A stretch of DNA of 64,000 bases, taken from NCBI GenBank assembly GCA_964199315.1, contig OZ116700.1, positions 2,294,001 to 2,358,000 of the forward strand, read 5' to 3'. The stretch comes from Orbicella franksi. Taxonomy: Eukaryota. Below the pieces are notes generated by a model. The model was given only the letters and a program-made list of their open reading frames with translations. It searched no databases and was not told the origin of the DNA. Every line of letters starts with the position of its first letter. Within the stretch, counting starts at the first letter, position 1. Shown here one piece after another: positions 11,027 to 21,878 of this stretch. A program made the position numbers and the translations under genes.

Positions 11027-14000
11027 CTAGCTCCACACTTGTGTTGGCCAGGGCTGAGCACGGCGGTAGCCCTGCTTCTTCACTGCATGTGGTCGTTTTC
11101 CCGCCTCCAGGGAGCTCTTCCATTCATATCTCCTCGCTCCCCGCTCGCTGCCACTACTACAGCGCCATCTTAGCTTGCCCGGTTGGAAATTCTTGTTGTA
11201 CTCAACTTTGGCAAAAAATTGATCCATTTTCTCTCTCGTCTCCCTGTCTATTTCTTCCTGAAGCGAAGACAAGGAAGCACTCATGAGCTAAATGGGCCCC
11301 AGCTCATTCGCGCAGAGAGCACACCGCGAGTTAGAGAGATTCCCTTCTTTTTTCTGACTTTTATCTCGAGGAAACTTCCATTCGCCAGGATATATGGCAG
11401 ATGGAATTAAAATCCGTTCGTCCCATCTCATCCTAACCTACGATCATACCCTCCCTCCCTCCCTTATATTCTCCTTTTTCCCTTTTCCCTTTCCAAAAAA
11501 AAAACAATCGCCTCATCGCAGGGTGATCTCATCCAAGAAAAACCCGCCTCAAGAAAACACTTTCTGCGTTGCCGGAGTTTGCACAGGTTGACAGATTGCC
11601 CCCTATGTGGTGTATTTGAACGATTTCTTTGTGTATGTCGAGTGTATGCCTTTAAATAGTACCGTGCCTGAGTTTGTCGTAAATAATGACGTCTGATAAA
11701 ATCTGGACTTAGAAATTGAAAAATGAAAAGTGATAATTGATCCTGAGAGAGCCGGGTTGAACGGAGAGAAAGTTAATCAATTCCCTCTCAAGTTATTTTT
11801 AGACATATGGTACCCATCTCTTCCGCGGATGTTACCAAGAACGTGTTCGTGGAAAAAGGTGAAAATGCGTGTAAGCTGCCTAGGCTGTCAGCGTGAGCAA
11901 AAACCCCTGGGATTTCCGAAACTGGGGGTGAGATCTGAAAATGACTTGAGAGGAATAACCTTAGGAATAGTCTTTTACACTTTTACTCCTCTTTTGTTGA
12001 TCCGGTATAACTGATTCAGTTATTCTGTGACTTTCTTAAAGAAAAGCTAGCCAGGGAGTTTTGAAACAGCTTTTAAAGAGTTCAGTCAGCGCAGCTTTGC
12101 CTTTTATTCCTTAACGATGTCAGTCATCTTTTCTGAGGTTTTCTTGTCTATAGAGTATTAAAAATTCAAACTGCTTGTTTACCTGTGATTTTCTTCTCTG
12201 AGAAGTTTGTGGGACATCGACTTGAAACAACTTCACATCTGGACTTTTAATCCTGTTCAACTTCTCTTTCTCGTTGTTCATATCAACACCCGAGCCCTGC
12301 TTGTTGCCCTTTTTCCTTGCCAGTTTACGACCTTCCTTGAAATGCACGAACCTGCACTGATGTTCCCACGCTTGCGCCTCTAAGCTACTTGTCAAACAAG
12401 CGCGGTTAGAGCTTATTGATTCCTCGTTCTCATTTAAGGATACCGAATGCTCCACATTCTCTGCGGCTGATAATTCTATTTTCCCACGAGTTTGCTTTGA
12501 AGAATTCCATTCGTGTGATTGGCTCTCGGGTGACTGTAGACTCTTTTCGACTTGGCCGAGACCAAAACTGTTTACAGAATCGCTAGAAGTCCAATTAAGT
12601 TTTTGTGCAGACCCATCCCGTAATGGGACGCTTCCCTGAGAGCTGAACCCCCAAGTACTAATCGATGACGTATTTAGCGTATCGTCAGAGTTAAGTGCCT
12701 CAAAACTAACTGATTTTGATCTACTGCTGCTGTTAGTGTCGCCAACTTCAGATTGAGCAACCTCAAGTCTGTTTTCGTTGCTTGTCTGAGAACGAACATG
12801 AATAAAGCTTTCGTTCTTTCCTTCAGATTTCAAGCTTTTGTAGATATCTGAAGGAGGCGGTTTCTTTCTTCGTCCCTCTTTATGAGCTTTCTTAGACTGC
12901 TTATCACGCTGATGTTCCAAATCATTGGATGTGTTACCAAACCTGGAGTCGTTTTGTCTGTCGTTCTTCTTCAGCAATATCACGCCATGTTCAAAATCCC
13001 CGCATAGTATTTCCAGTAGTGTTAAACCGGATTCTTTGGGTTTTTTGCTGGAATCGTATTTTCTGTTACTTCTGCTTCTGATCCGTTGAAGGGAATTTCT
13101 TTGGACATTTCGATTCCCCGATCCGTGTTGTGGTGAGTCTGATGACATTACCACTGAACGATGTTTTGAGTTGAAGGTGTTGTCTTGATGCGCTGTGTTG
13201 ATACTGTTCAGATCTTGTGAGCATAGAAAGAGTGCACAAAATAAATAAAAAATAAATATACTTTCATTATCATTAAGAATCTATCGGGTACCGTGATAAA
13301 ATTTGTGTACCGTCTTTGGGTCAGATGGCACGTAAAGGTATGGCCACAAGCACTGCATTCAAGTTAAAAACGAGCGGACAACAGGAACCAGATCCTGCGC
13401 TGTGATTTGCTCTCTGAGTGAACATTCCTGCACTCTGGGAATTGCCCGTTTTGTCTCAAAAGTAAACATTTTTTCCTGCCATAAAATAAATCTTTTTGTG
13501 GTCAATCCGTCCAGATGGCTGAATATTGGCCTCGTTCCTTTTTCATTTGTTTTAGTTTCTGAAAGAGGGCGACCGCAGACCCTGTGTTTTAAGTCTGAAA
13601 TACGGTATTAAAATTGGCAACAAAAACCTATATACAGTGGAATCCCCGATTTTTTGAGACCTCCAAGAGAAACGAATTGGTGTGAATATTCGGGGTCGTC
13701 GTCGGCACTATATTTATGTGATCCGGCTGTTCAACGAATGAATAACGCTCTGCACCGTATAAATCGCTATTCGGTGGAAAGTTAATAGAACAACAAAAAA
13801 AATCAGTTTTCCATCCATTAGCCTGCGTCTCGTTCGAGCGAGGAGTTAAATTTCTCGCCTGTTGGTCGCGCGAAAGAAGAAAAGGGTAATGGAGTGGCCT
13901 GAGTGGGTGAGGAAAGAATGCGGTAAAAGCTCATTCGTTCGTACGAGAACGTTAACTACGCAGGCTAGCTATCCATTACATGGTGATATGTCCGGTGAAT

Positions 14001-14430
14001 GAAGCTTTTAACGTTTTGATTAACCAGTACAAGGAGGGCAATTAAAGGTTAGGCACAAAGCAATGGCTAGGCTTAAAATTCGACTTTCCTATCTCTAGTT
14101 GAAAGAAAACTTGCTACCAGGAGACTAAAAATTATAAAAAAAATAAGCAGAGAAAGTAAACGGACCTCCCTTGTTGTGCTCTGCACTCAAATGCGTAACT
14201 GACGCTTTTTCTCTTTTATCTCCATTGGCGTGGAAGTTTTCTCCGTATTGACTCCAGTATTCCTCTCCGCGTCTCACCGGCAGACGAACCGACATTTTGA
14301 ACACGTGAGTCTCCTCTTTCAATCGATTTAGGCATTGCTTTCTCTGCTTTTCTAGGCTGTTGACAAGAACTTGGAGCCTGTAATCCTCGAGTGAGAAACC
14401 TTTAAAGAACCTGTCCGCAGAGTTTTCCAT
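11027..14430 (-). CDS. Uncharacterised protein, N-terminal coiled coil plus long Ser-rich disordered region (3 exons, ~518 aa; alternative 452-aa form ending at 12120)
   Basis: ATG at 14430; exon 14430-14166 (GT donor), exon 13213-12183 (1031 nt open, CAG|GTAAAC donor), exon 11287-11027 (TAG acceptor, phase 0, stop). Phases are consistent. N-terminal RL-xxx-V-xx-L-x10-L-xx-E spacing resembles the CCDC190 coiled coil (inference only). Confidence 0.7.
13819..13967. mobile_element. Short MITE with TAGCCTGCGT TIRs
   Basis: TAGCCTGCGT (13819) ... ACGCAGGCTA (13967), perfect 10-bp inverted ends; no clean TSD. Confidence 0.65.
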
Positions 14431-14474
14431 ACTCTGCGGGTCGCCACTGTCTTCCAAAGACAGTGTTCATGTTG

Positions 14475-14544
14475 TGACGTCATAATCATCTCTGACGTAA
14501 TAATGGTTGCGTTTGACGCGCGCCTACGCGCAATACTGCGCATG
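14475..14544. promoter_or_regulatory. CRE / CRE-like / NRF1-like motif cluster upstream of the 14430 ATG
   Basis: TGACGTCA 14475-14482, TGACGTAA 14493-14500 and TGCGCATGCA 14535-14544, all within 115 bp of the start codon. Confidence 0.5.
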
Positions 14545-16247
14545 CATAAGGACACATAATTCTTTTTTCACTTTTAAAGATATGAAATTTGGCGAGTGTA
14601 AGAAAGCTTGCAAGTCTTTCGGACACGACTAAATCAAGATCAGAATCTCAAGGTGAGCCTGCATTAGTTACAGCGGTTACTCTCTTTTACACATTTTCAA
14701 ACTTTTCAGACTGTTATTGAACTTAAACGTATGCGCACAGTCTAATCGAAACGAGGACTTTTGATTTCGTCCGCTTTTATTTGGAGTGCTTTTTAAGCTG
14801 TTTGACTTCCTCAAAGGCTGATGGGCTGTTAGTATGATTGATGGTCTAATGGCACCGTTTAACAAATATTTAGTTTCCCCCACAGGGCATTCTCGTCCCC
14901 AGAGGCTGCGCTCCTTTTGGTCAGCGCCAAGAATCGAAGCCTCTGAGGAAGTCCAATTTTCTGAGCGTGCGCAGAGTAATCGTTTTGTATTCTCAGCTAA
15001 TCAGATTTGTCAGACTCTGAGCATGTGCAGAGTGATGGGAGTCCACAAGTGGTATAAGGCATCTCGACCCGAAGGTTCTGATTGGAGCGGTATATGCTGC
15101 TGTTGTGTTAAGGTGATTCCTTAGTATTGCATTGCGCATCCCTACTGCGCACGATTTTCAAGTTGTTAGCACGTGCACATGAGCGCGTGCACATACAAAA
15201 CATAAGAGATTTCCCTCAAACTAAGCTCGATAGCGAAATGAATGCTCCTTTTCTCTTAAACGAACAGGGTGACCCCCACTTTTTATTTCATAATAATTAT
15301 GAAATAAAAAGTGGGTGTCACCCTGTTCGTTTAAGAGAAAACGAGCATTCATTTCGCTATCGAGCTTGTTCTCATTGTAATTATTACAATGAGAACAATA
15401 TCCTTAATAACTGAGAAAAAAATTACCAGATCAAATCAAATAAATACTAGAGGGAGACATAACAGGCCCCACAGCACATCTCCAAATTATGTTTCCTTTA
15501 AAGGATAAAAAAATGTAGGGTATTTGGAGACTTTTTTTCTGGGTAGATGAATAAACAATCAAAGAAAGTCAAACTCTGTGATAACATGTTGCATTGAAAA
15601 ATATGCGAACTTATTTGTTGCACACGGAGATAACCAAAAGTCACCTAAATAACCCTATTTGTCAGCATTGTGGCGTGAAAACAAGCACGGTGACCCCCTC
15701 TTTTTACTACGTTTTTAATATCTCCTTGTCCTGTAACAACAGCATACCAAGTTTCATCGGAAATCTATGGCGGGTTCTTTTACTAGGGAATCACCTTAAG
15801 GAGGATGTTGTTGTGTGCATTCAAAGTTCTAACAGTTTCCACATTTCTATCTTTCTCTTGAAGGAGAGTGTCCAAAGAAAGATGGATGTAAGAACTGTAC
15901 ACTTTCAAAGCATTGTCAGCATACTTTTACCCAAGCACTATTTTGACACCAGGACAATCCTGTGAATCTCATTTTAACATTCAGCAGTGAGCTGATCACA
16001 AAAGTGTGCACTATGAGGCTACGTGGTCAGTTTGCTGAGAGTTGGTAGCAAGAAATAAACAACAATTCCGCTGCTTTTTACAAATGAAGAGTCCATTGCC
16101 ATGACCAAGTGACGTGTCAAGGATACAAGAATCCCTAAAAACTGGTACCAAAGTATGCAAATTACATAAATTACTGCCCCTGCACCCCCCTTCTAAACAC
16201 AACTATATAACAGAATGCAAGTCAGTCATGTGATGTAATTCTGAACT

Positions 16248-16253
16248 TTTATT
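16248..16253 (-). promoter_or_regulatory. Polyadenylation signal of RPS4
   Basis: AATAAA on the minus strand 20 nt after the RPS4 stop codon. Confidence 0.7.
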
Positions 16254-16273
16254 AATGGTCCTTCTGTTGCAAT

Positions 16274-19200
16274 TTACATGGAGCTCATTTTGGCCTTCTC
16301 CTGCAGCCTTCTGTCTCGCTCCTCAGCAATAGTAAGCCTGACACCCTTACCCTTGGGAAGGGACACATGTGACTTGTTCGTCTTGCCAATGATGAAAATG
16401 TTGCTGATTCTTGTGGCAAATTGATGGCCTGTGTTGTCCTTCACATGAACAATGTCAAATGAACCTAAACATGAGCATATATAGTTAGAATTTTCAACAA
16501 CACAATATCACTGTTTGAGAAATGGTCCCCTCATTAAAACTCTTCTTTCAGATTTTATGATCAGACAGGCAGGAACTGATCCTAAAAATCCCTTTGAGAG
16601 AAGGCTGCCCCTCACATGAACTCTTTCTGACCAAGAAAAGTCCACCAATGCAATTTTAAGTCAAACTGACCACAGTATTCAAAATAGAGTGAGAATACCT
16701 TACATACAAACACACCAGTTTTCATTCTTCGTTATAAATTTGCTTAACAGTCAACTGGATGAAACAGTAACTGTTTTGGGTTTATGAAAGTTAGCCTGCA
16801 GTGGTATGTTAAGCAGAACACTACAGCTGTTTGATATCTATAACCTGTTGAGAGGGACAGCACTGCTGCGACCTACCTGCATGTCTCTCACGATGGGTAA
16901 CAATTCCAACACGACCCATGTTGCGGCCACCAACAACCATAGCAAGATTTCCTGTGTCAAACTTGATGAAATCAATGATCTTGCCAGTCTTGATCTCCAA
17001 CACCACAGTGTCATGGACAGCAATGAGTGGGTCAGGATAGCGGATGGTACGACCATCATGAGTAACAAGGTAAGGGATACCCTTAGCACCAGTGGCTACA
17101 CGTCGCACTTGACCAAGCTTGTACTACAAAATGGAAATAGTTAATAAGAAACATATTAGTAGAGTTACCCATTGCCCTCAAGAACAGTACAGGTGTGTAC
17201 AAGGATGCAAAGAAACATGGTATAAAGGCAATAGAGTTGAAGACCACTAATTCGAACTACATTACTTTGAATTCAAAACTATTTCAAACATCTGCTATTT
17301 CATTTCCCCTGAGAGTTCATTATAGCGGGATTCAACTGTACTGTGTATGCCACACATTCAGAGAAAATAACTTTACAAGATCAAAATAGCAAAATGATTA
17401 CAGTCAAATATTACTGGTACAAAGCTTTTCACACACAGCAAGTAAGGAGAAACAATTATTCCAATTGTACAATGGTTGTTATTGCAGTGGAATCTGTGGT
17501 GAAATATTCTTTTACTGCAAAAGGGATAAACCCAAGGTGAAACGGTGAATGTAAAGCAGAATTGCCCCCTTCACCTTGTTTGTATCTTGAACTGCTGATA
17601 AATGTAACAACAGCTACTCAGTATTTTGACTTTTTCTACAACTTGACAGACTTTCAAAGCAGAAAAAGGGTTGCAAAACTGGGATACAAATTTTCTACGG
17701 TTAGTTTGGTTACAGCTTCACTTGTAACTTACTTTGGCTTCTTCGCCAGTGATGCGGTGTACGGTGAAGCGGCCTTTCACATCGTATAGAAGACGGAAGT
17801 TCTCGCCAGTCTTTTCAATGGAGACGACATCTAGGACAAACAAAACAATGTAAGGCATATTTTTAGATTTTGTAAAATGTTTCTAAAATGATGTGCAGCA
17901 ATGAAGAAAATATTATTCCCTTTCAAGTTTGGTTTGGGATAAATTTATCAATGTCAATACACTCAGATTTAATTTATAAATTGACCTTTCAACATGCCTA
18001 GTTGGAAATAGATTTGTCAGTGAATGAGGTATTGCTACTTCCCCTGCAGATTCCTTTCTATGAGGTTTCCCTAATAGATTGAGGTCCCTATGAGGGAGGC
18101 CCAAATACACAACACAAGCATCCCGGCCAGGGCTCAAGCCTGTGCTGCAAGCCTGGGCCACTTGATCAGGGGGCCTGTCACACTAACAATTAGGCCACTG
18201 CACCTTGACTTCACAGAGATTCATACAGTGTGCAAATGATTGCTACTGGCATTTAAAAATTGTGATCGAGTAGTAACCAATTAACCATGCTACACAGATC
18301 TCTGTAATTCCACATTTCACTGGCTTGAATCTCAGACTTTTCTTTTGAGGGGATAGCAGGGGTTTCATTAAGGTATTGAGCAGAGGGGCAACTGGTTTTC
18401 ACAGGTGGGGAAAACCATTTGAACTGAGCTTCTTTATAAGAAAACCCTTCCCTTAAGATGACCAGACAGACCAGGCAGGTAAAATCATCTTCACAGCCGG
18501 TCAATTTGCCGGGTGCCCAGCCCTTAATGAAACCCCCAGGATAGAAATGGTTGTGTTATAAGAGTAATCTTCTAAGGATTGAAAGTACAAACAAATCCCT
18601 TACCCATGAAACCAGCAGGGTACGTAACATCAGTCCTGACTTTTCCATCAACCTTAATCAACCTCTGCTTAAGAATCTTTTTCACCTCATCATAAGTCAG
18701 GGCATACTTGAGGCGATTCCTGAGGAAAACAATCAATGGCAAACACTCGCGCAACTTATGGGGACCAGCAGATGGACGTGGTGCCTGGAAAGAAAAATAT
18801 TTACATTTGTTGGATTTCAAATGAAGCTACTATCAGTTTAATCTTTTATGCTAAGATTATCAAATTTAAAACTAATCTCCAAATTTTATTTCCTAACATG
18901 TTCAAAACAACACCAATATGAAAGGCCTAAAATGTAGCTTCCTTAATGCAGTCATGTTGGGGTTTGATCTGCTGACTTTGAAAGAATGACCTTCTACATT
19001 TGAAAAACAGTTCCACAAGAAAGTGTTGCTTTAGAATGCTAAGATTGTTACAACAATGGCTTTTATCAACATATTTAAGTTACAAACACAGTTCAATTTT
19101 CTAAACAGTATGCATGAAAGCACGGCTCAGTAAATTTTTTATGGCAATTTTCTCGTGTGTTATCCATGGACTTGAATCAAGACGACCTTGTAAGGCCATA

Positions 19201-19765
19201 CTTGTAAGTAGAAGCTGGCCGTTTCACTTCAATGATTATCAGATTAAATTTTAGTTTTCAATGCTGAGATATACAAAATGCCAACAGTTCCTTCAGCGAG
19301 ATGTCGATTTAGGCGAGCAGAAGTATACAGCTAATATTCACGTTTTTCAAGCTCAATCTTTTATCATGATTTTCAATTTTAACTTGCAAACCACAACTTC
19401 AATTCAGACTTGCAGATACATATGCAACCTGTTAGATTTGAATACTTAGATCTCTCATTTAAATCTAGATTAACCCAAATACCAGATCACTGTTCAAAAG
19501 GTTTCGCATAAACCCCATCTACACATAAACGTATTTTAGCAGGCGTACTTACAAAATTACCAGACAACTTATCAAGCATCCAATGATGCGGTGCATTTAA
19601 GCGCTTTAAATGCTTCTTCGGACCACGAGCCTAAAAATAACACAACAGTGCAACAGTTTAAAGATCACTACTCCCATCGGTTTAGTTTTATTCAACGAAA
19701 AACAGCGTGATTGTCACAGATGAGTTGGATACAAGATTCGACTTCGGATTTGCGATACTAACCAT
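16274..19765 (-). CDS. RPS4: 40S ribosomal protein S4 (eS4), 6 exons, 265 aa
   Basis: Exons 19765-19763 (ATG only), 19630-19553, 18784-18604, 17830-17733, 17123-16877 and 16464-16274, total 798 nt. Translation [23 protein letters not shown]...[11 protein letters not shown]...TIRYPDP...[11 protein letters not shown] is clearly eS4. Confidence 0.98.
18065..18203 (-). mobile_element. Degenerate tRNA-derived SINE fragment in RPS4 intron 3
   Basis: Reverse complement GGTGCAGTGGCCTAATTGTTAGTG...GAGCCCTGGCCGGGA...TGTGTTGTGTATTTGGGC resembles the SINE head at 62809. Confidence 0.55.
18359..18536. mobile_element. Short MITE in RPS4 intron 3
   Basis: GGGGTTTCATTAAGG (18359-18373) and CCTTAATGAAACCCC (18522-18536) are a perfect 15-bp inverted pair. 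Confidence 0.6.
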
Positions 19766-19774
19766 GATGGCGAT

Positions 19775-19789
19775 GAGAAGGAAAGAGAT
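19775..19789 (-). promoter_or_regulatory. TCT initiator / 5' TOP tract of RPS4
   Basis: ATCTCTTTCCTTCTC lies 10-24 nt upstream of the ATG, as expected for ribosomal protein genes. Confidence 0.8.
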
Positions 19790-20594
19790 CGCTTCCCGTG
19801 TATCCTTGCGAGTTGAATCATCCAACGCTACATTGTGGTCAGCGGTAAAAGTAAGTTGGCAGCTTTCGCGGCTTTCTTGACACGAAAACATAGAGGGAAA
19901 GTTCATGTGAGCGCTTATTATATTGAATTTGGGGTCAAGATCTCCTTGCTAGAGCCCTGGCCGGAGTCATTATGTGCTTTGATGTGGGCAAGGAACATAC
20001 ACTGTACTCTCACATGTACGGCAGGTAATCAATTGATGATTTATGACATCAAGGAGTAATCGATGCGAAATCTTGAATAATAATCAGCTGATTTTTCTGT
20101 CTGCCATTGATTAAAAAAAAAGCTGATGATCAATGAATTGGTTTTTGGTTAATGAATAATCGATGACTAATTGAAAGCAAAAATTAATGATGTGGCCCTG
20201 TGATTACTTATCTATCATTGATAACTTGTTGATGTCAATCGTCATTCATTAATGGTAAACTTATTGATTTCTAATTGATTACTTGCTGGTTACTCATTAA
20301 TTACTTAATCTATGACACTACTTAACTACCACTATTCTCGTGCATAAATTCTTGCCCTATACTTGAATTCTGGAAGGGTTATGACAAAATTATGGGCCGC
20401 TTCCAAATTAAAAACAAAAGTAATGAATTAATTTTCATATCAGGTAAGAGACTTGTTTACATATTAAGAACAAGGAGATATAAAAACTGTTGAATGAGTC
20501 ATTGGTTTATTGATGATCAATTAACAATTAGGCTAACTGACTACCTATTGATTACTTGCTACTTGTTATAACTTTCTTACTATGGATATGGGAG

Positions 20595-21510
20595 TCACAA
20601 AACCTGACCAAAGACTTAAGACCGAAGACCTAAGACTCCTCTTAATTTTTGTACTCTGGGCGTAAAATGATGTAAACCGTTGAATTATTGGGTACATGAC
20701 ATTTTAATGCCATGTAAAGGTTTCCTTGTGTAGGGACTAAAGGTTGTTTGATGTTGCTTTGTTACACATCATGCCACCACGTGACATGGAACTTTCATGC
20801 TAACATGACTTATTAATAAATTTCTTGAAATTCTACTAGGTGGTGAAATAACAAAATAATGACATAACAGCACTCTACAGAGATAAACCCTAAACTATTT
20901 ATTTCAGTAAAAACATTCAAATCCCTGGTTGCAACCACCTCTCCTAAGTGACCACCTCTCCTCAGCGATCGTTTTTTTTTTCCAAAGTACCAAAAGTTTC
21001 CCAGTCACAGCATTATATTTGGAACCTCTTGTAAGGCAACCACCTCTCACAAGCTTCCACCTCCACTTTTAGAGCTAAAAGTTGGAAATTTTCTTTTGTT
21101 TTTAACCTCCCGTGAGTGACCACATTCATTCTGTTTATTTGCCTTTCTACTTAATATACAGTATTTATAAATGTTTTATTGTGAGGCGAGGTGACCTCTA
21201 GAAACCATCAGGCTTTTAGTTGAGGCCACCTCAATTCAGAGCAATTTCTTAGCAAAGATGCTTTGCCGAATGTCAGAGTCAAGCATTATTTATAACAGCT
21301 GTAAAGCATTAGTTCAAGATTTGCAAAGATACCCTTAGCATCCTGTTCTGTCACACAACTGTCCTTTTCTGTCCCTACGCAAGCAAACCTTTACACAGCG
21401 TTAAAATGTGATGTAACCCATAATTTGATGGTTTACATTGGTTTATGTTGGGGTCTTAGTTTCTCTAGTGCAAACACTAAGATGGGGTCCTAGGTCTTAG
21501 TTTTCTTAGG
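20595..21510. mobile_element. Degraded TIR element with a nested ACCACCTCTC-repeat element (~20910-21120)
   Basis: AAGACCGAAGACCTAAGACTCC at ~20610-20640 is mirrored by GGGGTCTTAG...GGTCTTAG at ~21450-21505; internal segment has repeated ACCACCTCT motifs. Confidence 0.45.
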
Positions 21511-21535
21511 CTTCCTCATGTTATATGCAGTTGTA

Positions 21536-21777
21536 GTAGCCTGAAATGCAGGCGTATTTTGGCGAGCGAGCGCATTTTGACCAAGCAAGCGCCATCTTGG
21601 ATTCAAACTCGGAAGAGGCTTGGGGAGAGATGAAAAGGCATCCTAGGGAGTGGGGGTGAGGCTGAAAGAGGAGTAATGGGGGAGCCCTCTAAACCAACAT
21701 GGCGGCGAATCTACTTGATCGCGAGCTAATACCGCTAATTTGTGAACACATAGAAAATGCCTGCACTGCAGGCTACA
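21536..21777. mobile_element. MITE with TAGCCTG...GCAGGC TIRs
   Basis: TAGCCTGAAATGCAGGC ... GCCTGCACTGCAGGCTA imperfect inverted ends. Confidence 0.55.
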
Positions 21778-21878
21778 GTTACAGCATAGTTAACTACAAT
21801 GTGTTATAAGCAATAATCTTTCCAATTCATTTCCAGTGCATTGATTCATGGTCATAGTGTATTCTTTGTCCTCCGTAG

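Noticed and set aside
15720-15960. KYADNALK on the minus strand resembling the SLC35A nucleotide-sugar transporter motif
   Set aside because: Isolated short match flanked by stops, with non-hydrophobic continuation; likely chance.
16741-16815. Perfect 9-bp inverted repeat closing ~57 nt in RPS4 intron 5 as a snoRNA
   Set aside because: No C/D boxes and no H or ACA box at the expected positions.
19160-19350. ATGATAA...CTGA...CTGA and a GGCCA/TGGCC hairpin in RPS4 intron 2 as a snoRNA
   Set aside because: C box deviates, no terminal stem, no rRNA complementarity I could recognise, ACA spacing wrong.
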